Assembly (NCBI GenBank): GCA_951406725.2
Contig: OX597821.1
Location: forward strand, 47,802,001 to 47,866,000
DNA: 64,000 nucleotides
Source: Octopus vulgaris
Taxonomy: Eukaryota
Reading direction: 5' to 3'
In this document: in pieces, positions 13,250-24,915 of the stretch
Position numbering within the stretch: position 1 is the first letter of the stretch
Layout of the letters: every line of letters begins with the position of its first letter
The notes under the pieces: model-generated
Databases searched by the model: none
What the model saw: the letters and a program-made list of their open reading frames with translations, nothing else
Told to the model about the DNA's origin: nothing
Made by a program: the position numbers and the translations under genes

Positions 13250-13562
13250 TGCTGTTGAGCGAACGGTCTTCGTCCCAGAGCTTGCAAGATGGGAGAAGTC
13301 CGAATCGTGGTCCTTTGCTATTCGTAAGACCCACAGAAGAGAAAGCAGGTCAACCCCCCGACACTGAGAACATCGACGGATGGATGAATGCGCATCCAGG
13401 CTCAGCGGTTGTGTAGGAAGTCGGGGACAAGAAAAAGGAAGAAAGAGTGAGAGAAAGTTGGAGCGAAAGAATACAACAGGGGTCGCCACCACCCCCTGCC
13501 GGAGAAACCGCGATCCTCCGACCGCGAGTCCGCTGCCCTAACCATTGGGCCATTGCGCCTCC
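13250..13562 (-). mobile_element. SINE family B, tail type 2 (internally deleted)
   Basis: Head GGAGGCGCAATGGCCCAATGGTTAGGGCAGCGG; the tail matches 38080-38270. Confidence 0.88.
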
Positions 13563-13787
13563 ACTACTGTTGCTGTTTTCTTTGCTGTACATTTTCAGGA
13601 GAAGAAGTACATGGTGAGAAAGTGAAGAAAGGGATTCATACCACTGCTAAATCTAAATGAGGGTGAGAGATTCTAAAATGTTGCATAACTTGTGGAGGAA
13701 GTTTTAGCATCAACTTACTCCTTACTTTGAATGTATTCATGTAAAAATACCTTGTTATATGTACAAACATACACACAGACATATTTA

Positions 13788-13886
13788 ATAACAGTTTGAC
13801 TCAGCTCCACACAGCTTTAAGTTTCGTGAACATGTCTTGTGCCCCATGAAATTTCAAGTCATGTGGAGCAGAGTCAAACTGTTATA
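13788..13886. mobile_element. Small MITE-like inverted repeat
   Basis: ATAACAGTTTGACTCAGCTCCACA ... TGTGGAGCAGAGTCAAACTGTTAT. Confidence 0.65.
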
Positions 13887-13907
13887 AAATGCATGTAACT
13901 ACAACCA

Positions 13908-14067
13908 AATGTATTTACATTATTTACATTATTTACAATTGACAGATATTTGTCCTCATCTTGTTTGTTGTTAACACAACGTTTTGGCTGATATACCCTC
14001 CAGTCTTCATCAGGTGTCTTAGGGAAACTTCGAACCTGGGTTCTCATTCCTAATGTATTTTTTTGAT

Positions 14068-14100
<33 letters not shown>
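13908..14100 (-). mobile_element. 3' half of the Penelope-like tRNA/(TAA)n/hammerhead element, split by the Dong insertion
   Basis: Highly similar to 39755-39895; hammerhead motif at 13971-14018. Confidence 0.85.
13971..14018 (-). ncRNA. Minimal type I hammerhead ribozyme motif (this copy has GAAA changed to AAAA)
   Basis: GACAC-CTGATGA-AGACTG..loop..CAGCC-AAAA-CG-TT-GTGTT. Confidence 0.7.
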
Positions 14101-14274
14101 TTTTTTTTCTTCTTTCAAATTTGCTTCCATTTCTTGCCGAGTGTCTTCCCAACTCCTAGGGCAAAGAAACTCATAGTATACATTGGTAGGCCATTAAACC
14201 AAACTCAGTAGTTCGTTCATTTTTTTTTTTTTTTTTTTTAAAGTTAAATTAAAATACATGAGCAGCAACAGTTC

Positions 14275-16704
14275 TCACATCGACAATGCTCTTCTCAATA
14301 CGTGTGATGTACCAGTTAAGACAATCTTTTGCACTTCTTGCAGGGATGGTAAGCCAGGGATCATTCTCATATAATTTTCGGTTCCCTTCTTGATCATTCC
14401 TAGTGCTCCTACGATCACTGGTATTGTAACCGCCTTGAGATGCCACATTTTCTCAATTTCAATGAGTAGGTCTTTACATTTTCTGAGCTTGTCAAACTCT
14501 TTCGCTGAGATATTATGATCACAGGGGATGCTCATGTCGATCAATAAGCAAACTTTATTGTTTTGGTCTTTCACAACAATATCTGGTTTATTGGCCTTGA
14601 TGGTTCGGTCTGTATGTACTGGAAAGTCCCACAGAATGGTTACATTTTCTCCTTCAGTTACAGCCTCAGGGTGGTGATTATACCACTTGTCGGCAGTTTT
14701 GATATTGTAATGCCGACTTATTAGCCAGTGGAGATATTGGCCAACTCTGTCATGTCTTAATTTATACTCCACTGGTGCTAAGACTTTACATCCAGAGATT
14801 AGATGGTCCACTGTTTCAATCATGTCGTTGCAGAATCGGCATTTTGGGTCTGCTCCATTTTTCATCACATTGGCCTGGTAGTTCCGGGTTAATAGGCTTT
14901 GATCTTGAGCAGCCAGGATGAAACCTTCGCTCTCTGCTTTTAGCCCTGAGCTCCGTAGCCACTGATGGGTTTGCTTCTGGTCAACATCAGCTTGTTTGCT
15001 GCGGGTCACATATTTGCTGTGCAGAGGTTTCTCCTCCCACCTATCAGCCAATTGCTCGTGCGCTTTCTTCATTGCCATCATTTTCACCTTCTTTGCAACA
15101 ATAGTTGCCGTACTTCCCTCGGGTTGTTCAGTTTGGGTATCCTGCACGAGATCAATAGCAAATTTTTTGCTTTCCTTTATGATAGAATGAAGCTTCTTTC
15201 GTCTCTTGTGATTTTCCACGAGCTTTAGCATCCAGTCATTCGATATTTCGAGATATTTGGCCAGTCCAATTGTGGTTGTTTTGTAAACTAGTTCAAATTG
15301 GATCAGGCCTCGACCTCCTTGGGCTCTGGGAAGGTAAAGGCGATCTACGTCTGCCTTTGGGTGGTGCATCCTATTGCAACTCAGCAGCTTGCGTATTTTT
15401 CTATCTATATTCTTTACTTCACTCATATTCCAGTTCAACACATTGTAGCTATAAGTAACAACTGGAACTGCTAAGGAATTTATAGCTAGAACCTTGTTAC
15501 GTGCATTTAGTTCAGATTTCAGGACTGCACGAACTCTCCTATAACATTCCTTCCTGATTTTCTCTTTCATGCTCGCATGCTGAATACCAGAGCCTTCATT
15601 TATCCTTAAATATTTGTATGTTTGTTCTTGCTCAAGCTCTCTTATGACTGTGTCAACATCTAACATGACTGAATTTGTGGTCTTCACTTTCCCTTTCTGG
15701 AAAGTGGCCTTGGCACACTTCTCAAGTCCAAACTCCATCCCGATGTCATCGCTGAATGCTTTCACGGTGCGCAATAGGCCTTCAAGTTCATTATTGTCTT
15801 TACCATAAAGTTTTAAGTCATCCATATAAAATAGATGGCTTATTTTTTTATTGGCAATTTTATACCCATACCCTGTTCTGTTTAATTCACTTGTAAGGGG
15901 TATTAGGGCTATGCAGAATATTAAAGGTGAAAGTGAGTCACCTTGAAAAATTCCACAGTTGATGTTTATATTTTCTGAGGCAAGTACTCCATTAGAGTGG
16001 TATAATTGGAGATTCGTATTCCACAACGACATATTGTGCTTCAGGAAGTTTGAAATCACAGAGGAAATTTTGAAGATGTCCAGCGATCTCAAGATCCATG
16101 GATGCAGTATACTGTCGAAGGCCTTTTTGTAGTCAATCCATGCGGTGCTGAGATTTCTGCGCTTGTTGTGACAGTTCTCAAGGATCATACGATTGATTAG
16201 CAGTTGATCTTTGCATCCGTAAGAGCCTCGGCGGCACCCTTTTTGTTCAATGGGGAAAATATCGTTCTTCTCCATGAATGCATATGTTTTCTCTGCCAGG
16301 ATAGATGTTAGGATTTTATACGTGGTGGATAGACAGGTTATAGGCCGATAGTTTTTTGGAAGGTTGGTTTCGTTATTCTTTGGGAGTAGGTAAGTAATGC
16401 CACTTGCTAACCATTCAGGTGTTTTCTTTGGGTCTCTCATAATTCCATTGAGCAGCTGAACTAGCTTACCGTGTGCGCATGGGAGCGATGCGAGCCAGAA
16501 ATTCGGCACCCTATCTTTACCGGGGGATTTCCAATTATGGGCCTTCGTGAGTGCCTTTCTTAGGTCTGCTATTGTGATGTCTTCCCATGCTTGTTGTTGT
16601 AAATTTTGGTAGGATCCTTCAGTTTGTATAATCCAGTCTGCATTTATGTTGTACGTCTTCTTGTCACTCCAAATCCTTTTCCAAAAGTTTTGAACTTCTT
16701 CCAT
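14275..16704 (-). CDS. R4/Dong RT plus restriction-like endonuclease (uninterrupted 809-aa C-terminal part of a frameshifted ORF)
   Basis: NYRPITCL, IDYKKAFDS, GIFQGDSLSP, HLFYMDD, CRFC-H-C, RHD, NKPDIVV. Confidence 0.9.
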   Translation of the reverse strand: MEEVQNFWKRIWSDKKTYNINADWIIQTEGSYQNLQQQAWEDITIADLRKALTKAHNWKSPGKDRVPNFWLASLPCAHGKLVQLLNGIMRDPKKTPEWLASGITYLLPKNNETNLPKNYRPITCLSTTYKILTSILAEKTYAFMEKNDIFPIEQKGCRRGSYGCKDQLLINRMILENCHNKRRNLSTAWIDYKKAFDSILHPWILRSLDIFKISSVISNFLKHNMSLWNTNLQLYHSNGVLASENININCGIFQGDSLSPLIFCIALIPLTSELNRTGYGYKIANKKISHLFYMDDLKLYGKDNNELEGLLRTVKAFSDDIGMEFGLEKCAKATFQKGKVKTTNSVMLDVDTVIRELEQEQTYKYLRINEGSGIQHASMKEKIRKECYRRVRAVLKSELNARNKVLAINSLAVPVVTYSYNVLNWNMSEVKNIDRKIRKLLSCNRMHHPKADVDRLYLPRAQGGRGLIQFELVYKTTTIGLAKYLEISNDWMLKLVENHKRRKKLHSIIKESKKFAIDLVQDTQTEQPEGSTATIVAKKVKMMAMKKAHEQLADRWEEKPLHSKYVTRSKQADVDQKQTHQWLRSSGLKAESEGFILAAQDQSLLTRNYQANVMKNGADPKCRFCNDMIETVDHLISGCKVLAPVEYKLRHDRVGQYLHWLISRHYNIKTADKWYNHHPEAVTEGENVTILWDFPVHTDRTIKANKPDIVVKDQNNKVCLLIDMSIPCDHNISAKEFDKLRKCKDLLIEIEKMWHLKAVTIPVIVGALGMIKKGTENYMRMIPGLPSLQEVQKIVLTGTSHVLRRALSM

Positions 16705-17915
16705 GGGAGGGGGTCTTTAACGGTTACTTTCTCCTTCCCTATTTCTCTGTAGAATTTTTTGGCATTGGATGTGAACAGCTTATTTTGCTTGTAAAACTTG
16801 TTTCTCTTCTCAAATCTTCGTATTCTTTGGGCTTTTGCTTGGACTAAATTTTCTCTTCATCTTTCTTCCTGTTCTGGATCTTACATCATTTCCACATATT
16901 AGTTCACTTAATATTGATATTTCCCCTCTCATAAATTCAATCTCTTTTTCAATTTTACTTCTCCAGGTTTGATTTCTTCCCAGGTTTTGTTTTCTTTGTT
17001 TTTCGGGGGCATACAGCTGGTTTCAATTGCCCTAGCAGAAGCGTAAATAATTTCATTTAACTCAGTAAAATCAGGTTTTAATTCTCGTATTATTTCATTT
17101 GTTACATAGTTGCCAATTTGGATTTGTTTTTTATTTTGGTTTGTATTTGAGAGTTTATGAAGTGGTTCTCTATCATTCATACTTGTATGTCTTACAACTT
17201 CAAGCGTATTCAGGATTTTCTGCCTCATTTCTGCCATAGACTCTCTGTGTTCTTCAGCAAATGCGAGATCTTCAGTTACTGTTGTTTTTTCGTTTTCCTG
17301 GCTATCTTTAACAGGTACAATAGAATTTCTTGTATCTTCAGGCCTTTGCGTACTTTGGTCAGATGGCAGTCTTTCAATTAAGCCTCGTGGCGGGCTATAC
17401 TGTTCATCTGATTCTTCATTTCCTTTGTGTCTTATATTTATGTCATTTTCCGTTGCGTGCTTGATCGCGCTTATTTCACTGTCTGTGAGTCTGTTATTTC
17501 TAAGGATATCCCTCCTCACATTTGCTAATTTGTTCTCGTCTAAATAGGGCCTACTGTCTTGATTCCGTGTTCTCCATATACTGTAAGAGTTTGCGGTGTG
17601 TCTCTCTGAGATGGCCTACCTAATGCATAGTAATAAGCGTATATTACTTCTTTATACTCTTCTCGGGTCCATTTGTTCCGCTTACATTTTTCTTTCTGTG
17701 GTGGTTGTGGTGGTGAACTTGGAGGGCTCGAGTTGGGGATTTCCCGTTCAAGTGACCATCCATGTCCGTATTCGGAGAAGAGTTTGTGCCAGTTGATGAC
17801 TTTTCGATCCCAGGCTGGCTCTTCCCAGATTAACCATAGGACAAGCAATTTGGTATACTGATTTAGTTTTCCTTTTAGTTTCCAAAAACATTTTGGTGCT
17901 ACGATAATGTTATCA
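16705..17915 (-). pseudogene. Frameshifted N-terminal part of the Dong ORF (Myb-like motif)
   Basis: ORF pieces 17540..17848 (KWTREEYKEVIYAYY) and 16929..17519 are colinear with the RT ORF. Confidence 0.75.
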
Positions 17916-18807
17916 TTTTTTAGCTTTGATTGGCTCGTGGGGAGACGGCCATCATTGCCGTTACAATTATAATCGTACCATTATAGCAGCCGTAGTCGGC
18001 TTATTATTGTTATTATCATCACCATTACCATCACTATCATCATTATCACCACCATTACCATCATTATTATCATCATCACCATCACCATCACCACCATCAT
18101 CATCAATGATATTGTTTTATGTGTAGTCACAGCAGTATCTTATTATTGATATTTTTGTTTTTTTATCATTATCGCCATCACAGTAGTGTCTGTCTGTCTC
18201 GTTGGCTGGCTTGGTGGTTGGCTGGCTGACTGTCTTCAACACCAGAGTTCTTGCCTGTCAAATAATACTTTCTTTGTGTTGGTTGAACTCTTTGAGTGTG
18301 TGTGTGTGTAGATAGATAGATAGATAGATTATCAGCACTATTACTATCATTCTTATCATCATCACCATCATCACCATCACCATCAGTGATTTTTTTTTTT
18401 TTTTAGGTGGGGTCCTATCGGTCAAAAAATGTTTACTACTATTAGGCTTAAGAAAAATTAAGGAAGGGCTGTTCTGTATTGTTTGTGAATAGAGAAGTTG
18501 TGTTCGGCCAGAGAGAATCTTAGCATCATCATTTTTTTTTGTTTTTTTCCATGTGCGTTTGTGTTATTGCAATAAAAAGTGTTTGTATATTTCCTGTAAG
18601 GTAATATTGTGGAGGTTGAAGTTGACTTTTCTAGAGATGTTTGTATGTCCAGTTAGAAGAACAGGTGTGTTTTTACAATAAAAAGTATGTTTACATATAT
18701 ATTTGAATATTCAGGGAGGAAGCAAAGAAAAGTCAGATTTTCATAGAAAGTTTTAGGGTTTTGTAAGTCCACAAAAAGAAAAGCGTGATGTTTTTAGAGA
18801 GAAGAAA

Positions 18808-18808
<1 letters not shown>

Positions 18809-18857
<49 letters not shown>

Positions 18858-19043
18858 AGTCACTGCCTGGAATCGAACTCAGAATCTTGGAGTTAGTAGC
18901 CCATGGGCATATGGCATAGTGGTTAAGAGTGCGAGCTACTAACCCTAAGATTCCGAGTTCAATTTCAGGCAGTGACCTCAATAATAATAATAATAATAAT
19001 GATAATAATAATAATATTAATAATAATGATGATGATGATGATG

Positions 19044-19084
<41 letters not shown>

Positions 19085-19085
19085 T
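18809..19085. mobile_element. 5' part of the split Penelope-like element: (TAA)n, partial tRNA head (-), then inverted full tRNA head (+) and (TAA)n
   Basis: 18853-18901 is the reverse complement of 18933-18983; A-box TGGCATAGTGG and B-box GAGTTCAATTTC; matches 40031-40097. Confidence 0.8.
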
Positions 19086-19087
19086 AA

Positions 19088-19215
19088 TTCGTTTATTGGC
19101 CACAAGGGCTAACAAAAATCAATTAAAACATAAAGGGACAAAACACAGGACGAAAGTTACAAAGGGTTTTGTCCATTTGAAAAAGTCTGTGTACAAAAGC
19201 AGGATAAAATTACAC
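19088..19215 (-). mobile_element. Short LINE-type 3' end fragment
   Basis: TTAGCCCTTGTGGCCAATAAACGAA terminus next to (TTA)n; resembles the tail of the family C SINE at 12348. Confidence 0.4.
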
Positions 19216-19217
19216 TG

Positions 19218-19841
19218 GTCTGATCACTTCACAGGAAATATGACATTTTTTGTGGTAGATCCTGCTGGTTTCCTTGAATGTTTCTTAACCCAGGATAAGT
19301 GTTGGCTTCATCCCTTTGAGCCAGAGACAAAGAGACAATTCATGCAGTGGAAACACCCCTCCTCACCTGCTCCTAAGAAGGCCACAGTTATTTCCTCTAC
19401 AGGGAAGGTGATGGCCTCTCAGTTTTCTGGATGCAAATGGCATTGTGTTTATTGACTATCTCACAAAAGGGCCACAACATCAATGGAGAGTACTAAGCCA
19501 TCTTGCTGAAACAGTTACAGAAAACTATCAAGACCAAACACCCAGGAAAACTGATAATGCTCCAGCACACAAGTTGTTGGTCTCAATGGCTGCTGTGCAT
19601 GATGACTGTGGCTTTGAACTGGTTGATCAACCTCCCTGTTTTCTTGATCTGGGTCCATCTATTCCCCAACATGAAAAAAACGCTTGGATTGAAACCAGTA
19701 TCACAATGATGGTGACATCATATCTGGTGCTGATCAATTTTTTGACCAACTGGATAAAAGCTTCTACACCACTGGGATCCAAGCACTGCAACAGCGATGA
19801 GAGTATCTTGGTCAGCAGGTGAACTTTTCAGCTGACCTACG
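19218..19841 (+). mobile_element. Degraded mariner transposon, 3' part
   Basis: WLHPFEPETKRQFMQWKH..GKVMA and DNAPAH..ELVDQPP motifs; right TIR GAACTTTTCAGCTGACCTACG followed by TA. Confidence 0.85.
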
Positions 19842-19859
19842 TAGATTACACACTGACCT

Positions 19860-20061
19860 GACTTTTATCTGTTGCTTGGTTCAGTCACTGGACTGCAACA
19901 ATGCTGGGATATTGCCTTGAAGAGTTTAATCATACAGATCATTAATAACTATTTATTTTTGTAGTCTGGTACTTGTTCTAGCAGTTTCTCTCATTGAACT
20001 GCTAACAAGGACGTTGTCATATGGTGGTGGAGACAAACACAATAGAAACACAACCACATGT

Positions 20062-20124
<63 letters not shown>

Positions 20125-20135
20125 ACAAGCTTCTT
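19860..20135 (-). mobile_element. Degraded SINE family A (3' half)
   Basis: Reverse complement of the family A tail and body, followed by (CA)n. Confidence 0.6.
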
Positions 20136-20932
20136 TTCTTAATTAAGACAGTCCATCTTGCCAGTTTATCTTCTGACATTCATAGTATGTTACTTCAACT
20201 ATTTCTACATAGTTCACATTTCCATAGTGATAATATCAATGAACTATCATTGAAACCATTAAAAACACACAAAACTATAATCATTAAAAATGTTTTTCCT
20301 AAGGTGTCAAAATTGTTGTTCTACTTCTGTGACCTGGTCTCTAATACAGTCGATAGTTTCATAGCTATTAATAAACATAGTACTCCATCTTTTAAACGTA
20401 TTACATCTATTTTGTACAATACCATTTGAGTTTATCGTGCTACAATATCCACATTATCTTCTGTAGTACCTAAAACATTTGTCTTTTATACGTCTTTTCA
20501 TCTATGTGTCTCCCTTGTGTGCTTGACGACATATTTATTCATAAATATGTCTCCTGTCACTATGATAACTATCTATTTACCCAATATATCCAAGTGTGTG
20601 TTACTCTAACGTTGTTGTTTATAAAACATATTGATTTCTGTGTGTTTAATGAGTTTTTGTAATATTTATAAACATAGCACATTATATAATATATATTATA
20701 CACACACACACACACACATACACTCACACAGATACATACACAGACATTTATACATTTTAAAACATATGGAAAGTTATTTTTTTCATAGAAAATAATATGA
20801 AATAAAAGAATGCTTTAATGTTAATCGCACCTAGTTTCGGTGTTCACAGTATGTCACTCCTTGTTTCAAATATTTCAACAAATATTGTAATTTGAAAATA
20901 AATGTCAAATTCATGATTGTGTGGAGAGAAGG

Positions 20933-20970
<38 letters not shown>

Positions 20971-21086
20971 AATGGGTAGGGAGAGAAGAGGAAGAGAGAG
21001 AGAGAGAGAGAAAGCAAAAGAGGTTCAGGGGGAGAAAAGACGGATAGCAAAATGGAGAGAAAGAGAGAGAGGAGAGAAGTGGAGTG

Positions 21087-21133
<47 letters not shown>

Positions 21134-21538
21134 AAACAAGGAGATTGAGAGAAAAAGTAATAAAGTAATTAGAAAGCAATTCAGATTAAAACTCTTTCAG
21201 ATCATAGACGGTTTTGTCATGGTAGAATATTTCCAAAGACAATAATAACCAAAAACTGAGTTAAATAAAATCAAAAAATCATCAACACTAAGTGCATTAT
21301 TATTACATCAACACCAATAAAAAAAAGGTTACATTTAGAAAGCCTGGGGCCAAAATACTACATATTTTATAGGGATCCAAAAGTTAACAACCAAAATGTT
21401 TAGAATAAAAATTAGTGTGGCAAGGAATGTAAATTTGGTAAAATTACTGAGTCATATTTTAGAAAAGTTATCAGGAAGATGTGTGCAAGTAATGCTAATT
21501 ACTGTCTTTTGTCTCTTCTACTGCTACTACAAGGAAGT

Positions 21539-21917
21539 GGAGGCGCAATGGCCCAGTGGTTAGGGCAGCGGACTCGCGGTCATAGGATCGCGGTTTCAAT
21601 TCCCAGACCGGGCATTGTGAGTGTTTATTGAGCGAAAACACCTAAAAGTTCCACGAGGCTCCGGCAGGGGATGGTGGGGATCCCTGCTGTACTCTTTCAC
21701 CACAACTTTCTCTCACTCTTACTTCCTGTTTCTGTTGTACCTGTATTTCAAAGGGCCGGCCTTGTCACTCTCTATGTCACGCTGAATATCCCCGAGAACT
21801 ACGTTAAGGGTACACGTGTCTGTGGAGTGCTCAGCTACTTACACGTTAATTTCACGAGCAGGCTGTTCCATTGATTCGGATCAACCGGAACCCTCGTCGT
21901 CGTAACCGACGGAGTGC
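21539..21917 (+). mobile_element. SINE family B, tail type 3 (RTE-like end)
   Basis: Head GGAGGCGCAATGGCCCAGTGGTTAGGGCAGCGG, shared body, ends CTCGTCGTCGTAACCGACGGAGTGC. Confidence 0.9.
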
Positions 21918-21997
21918 TTAGATAGAGAGACTACAAGGAACATTGATGGTCTTTCTCGTAGGCCTCATGTCTCCTCCTCTCATTATTCATTTTAGAA

Positions 21998-22190
21998 GGT
22001 AGTGAGCAGGTAGAATTGTTAGCATGTTGGGCAAAATGCTCAGTGGCATGTTGTCCATCTTTATGTTCTGAGTTCAAATAAATAGGTCGATAAAATAAGT
22101 GCCAGTTGAGCACTGGTTTCAATTGTAATCAACTTACCCACTACCCTAAAATTGCTGGCTTTGTGCCAAAAATTGAAACTATTATTCATA
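21998..22190 (+). mobile_element. SINE family C (degraded)
   Basis: GAGTTCAAAT...GGTCGATAAAATAAGTGCCAG...CCTAAAATTGCTGGCTTTGTGCCAAAA. Confidence 0.75.
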
Positions 22191-23104
22191 TAATAACTAC
22201 TTTGTCCAGTCCTTCTTCCTGTGTCTCTGAAATTCCCACTCTGCCAACCATTGTTCCCCCTAATGTCAACCTGCACCAGTTTATGAACAACATTAACCAC
22301 ATCAGTTAAATTAGTCTTGAGGAGTCTGTAAAGGGCATGAGAGCTCCCCATCCCTCAAGCCACACCAGTAAAAAAACAAAACCGTTGGTCCTATTATGTC
22401 TCTCCAACTAAGTCACACAGCCAAAGCTTGGTCACACCAACATTTCTATGATGTTTCCTTGAAGAAGTAAAAAGTGTTTACATTACTGCCCAGTGTTTGT
22501 CTCTCATTTCATTAATTGTTAGAGAATCACCAGCAAAGTAAGGGTGAGCCTTGTAAAGTGTACATTCTGAGATGTCTCTTGCCTTCTAAATTGCAGCAAG
22601 GCTTCTTGATCTCTTGCCAATAGTGAGACCTTCTGGTGCCTTGTCTACAAGGTCCACTTCAAGTTGGTTCAGTGAACTGTATTCCTGCTGATACCCACCC
22701 CCCATACACTACATGTCCATACTCTGTGTGAAAAATTTACCACTTGTAATTAGTTTCCAATAATTCACCAATTTGTGAATTTACTGATTAGCATATAATT
22801 AATTCTAATTTAGGCAAAGGCCAGCAATTCTAAAGAAAGGGGTTTAGTTAATTAAATTTATTTTGTCACCCTTGGAAGGATAAAAGGTAAAGTTGACCAT
22901 AATGGAGTTTTACCCATAAGTAGTTGATTTATTACATATTCACAAAAAATAATTAAGTCTACTTGCACAAAACCATCTTTAAAGTTGAAATTCTATTGTC
23001 ATTTAAACATTTAATATTTTTTAATGAGCCTATTACATTTTGGTACATCAATTTCTTCAATTCAGAGAAAGGAAAAACATTTTTTTAATGTTAGCATAAG
23101 CATT

Positions 23105-23270
23105 GGCATGACTATTAGTAAGAAGTTTGCTTGCCAAGCACTTGTTCCAGGTTCAGTTCCACTGACTGGCACCTTGGGCAAGTGTCTTCAACTATAGCCT
23201 CAGACCAACCAAGGCCTTGTGAAAAGATTTTGGTAGATGGAAACTGAAAGAAGTCTGTCATGTATATATG

Positions 23271-23326
<56 letters not shown>

Positions 23327-23583
23327 CGTACATGTGTGTGTGTACCTAAGAGTGTGTGTGTCTTTATGTTTGTCCCCACCCCCACTGTTTGACAACCAGT
23401 GCTGGTGTTCCATTGCCATAGCCTAGCAGTTCAGCAAAAATGACTGATAGCATAAGTATCAGGTTTTACAAAAAATAACAAGTACTGGGGGGGGGGGGGG
23501 TCAATGCATTTGACTAATACTGTTTGGGATGGTACCCCAGCATGGTTGCAGTCTAATGAGTGGAACAAGTAAGGATAAAAGAA
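23105..23583 (+). mobile_element. SINE family A (diverged)
   Basis: Head, internal (TG)n and tail. Confidence 0.85.
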
Positions 23584-23739
23584 ATGATCCATTTATATTC
23601 TAAAGGTAAACAGGTGAATGAAAAATATTCCAAAACTGTTGTGCTTGAGGGAGTTCAGTTATTGATGTTATAGTGAGTCAATGAGGAGGAAACCATCACA
23701 CTGCCAATGTAGTATTGATTGAAGCATCAAAAATTTGTG

Positions 23740-24215
23740 AGAAAACACCATGGAAATGCTAAAAATACAACTGAGTTCCCTCTTTCATACTGTTTGATGT
23801 AATTGTTGTATGCAGTCAAGTAGCAAAATTTCCAAACAAGTATTGCATGAAATGCCAAATTTAAGAAAAACAAAGGACTCTTTCTTCTGTCTCACTGAAA
23901 AGACATAAATTTTCCACAAGAATTTACAAAGTTATCAAGTGGTGAAAATATTTTGTCATTTGATTCTGTTAATACGGAACAACACGTATTCAATTTTTAT
24001 AATGAAGCAAAATATTCATTTGTTGATGAAAAACAGTCATTGGTAAAAAAAGTTGGAACATTAAAATCAGAGACTTTGTTATTTTACCAATGATTCACAC
24101 TGCATGGGTTAGAAAGCTATTCTTTAACTGCTTCAGTTGTATCCTTTCCAACTAACAAATACGCATTAACTGCTAAAACATTTCTAGAAAATGTCAAGAA
24201 CTTTGATCCTATTGT
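23740..24215 (+). pseudogene. Degraded MULE (Mutator-like) transposase
   Basis: Manual translation: SGENILSFDS...VGTLKSETLLFYQ*FTLHGL, resembling MULE GEnFLlfDS...DGTFK.vP.lFYQL.TIHg. Confidence 0.55.
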
Positions 24216-24509
24216 GGATTTGTATCCCATATCTGTACGTTTGCATGGGCTTATCTCTATAGTCGTAAATCATATCTGTAGATCTGTATGTGACATCTGT
24301 ATTTCTCCTATATCACACGTACTATAAGTTATCTATGTATTTACGCATGTGTATAAATAAATGTCTTTCTGGCTATGTCCCTGTATGTCTGTTACATTTA
24401 TATCTGAGTATATATATGTCTGCATGTATGTCTGTGTGAGGTCTCTAGCCGGATTTTTTTGGGTTTGGTCATGCTATTACATTATCTTATACACTACTCC
24501 TTTGGTTTA

Positions 24510-24601
24510 GTGTGTGTGTGTGTTTCTTGTGTGCATGTATGTATGTGTTTATGTATGTATATATGCATGCATGCATGCATGTATGTATGTATGTATGTAT
24601 G

Positions 24602-24660
<59 letters not shown>

Positions 24661-24915
24661 ATGTATGTATGTATGTATCTATCTATCTATCTGTCTGTCT
24701 GTCTGTCAGTCTGTCTGCCTGTCTGTCTGTATGTATGTATGTATCTGTCTGTCTGTCTGACTGTCTGTCTGACTGTCTGTATGTCTGTATGTATGTATCT
24801 ATCTATCTATCTATCTATCTATCTACCTATCTATCTGTATGTATGTATGTATGTATGTATGTATGTATGTATGTATGTATGTATGTATGTATGTATGTAT
24901 GTATGTATGTATGTA
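24510..24915. repeat. Compound (TATG)n/(TATC)n/(TGTC)n microsatellite
   Basis: Directly visible; continues after the CR1 element at 27840-27960. Confidence 0.95.

Larger units (their letters stand above)
14101..18808 (-). mobile_element. Full-length R4/Dong-clade non-LTR retrotransposon inserted in (TAA)n
   Basis: RT (FQGDSLSP, YMDD), CCHC knuckle (CRFC..ETVDHLISGC), RHD and KPD..D restriction-like endonuclease; A-rich 3' end; (TAA)n on both flanks; the flanks rejoin into the element seen at 39755-40097. Confidence 0.92.

Noticed and set aside
18905-18983. Functional tRNA gene
   Set aside because: A and B boxes are present but there is no proper acceptor stem; it is part of a repeat, as are the other SINE heads
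22200-22740. Coding-like stretch as a host exon
   Set aside because: Multiple stops and no splice pattern; possibly an ancient LINE relic, but no motif was convincing
24514-24915. N-terminal 134 aa of the 1076-aa ORF as a novel domain
   Set aside because: It is translated (TATG)/(TATC) microsatellite that is in frame with the truncated LINE by chance
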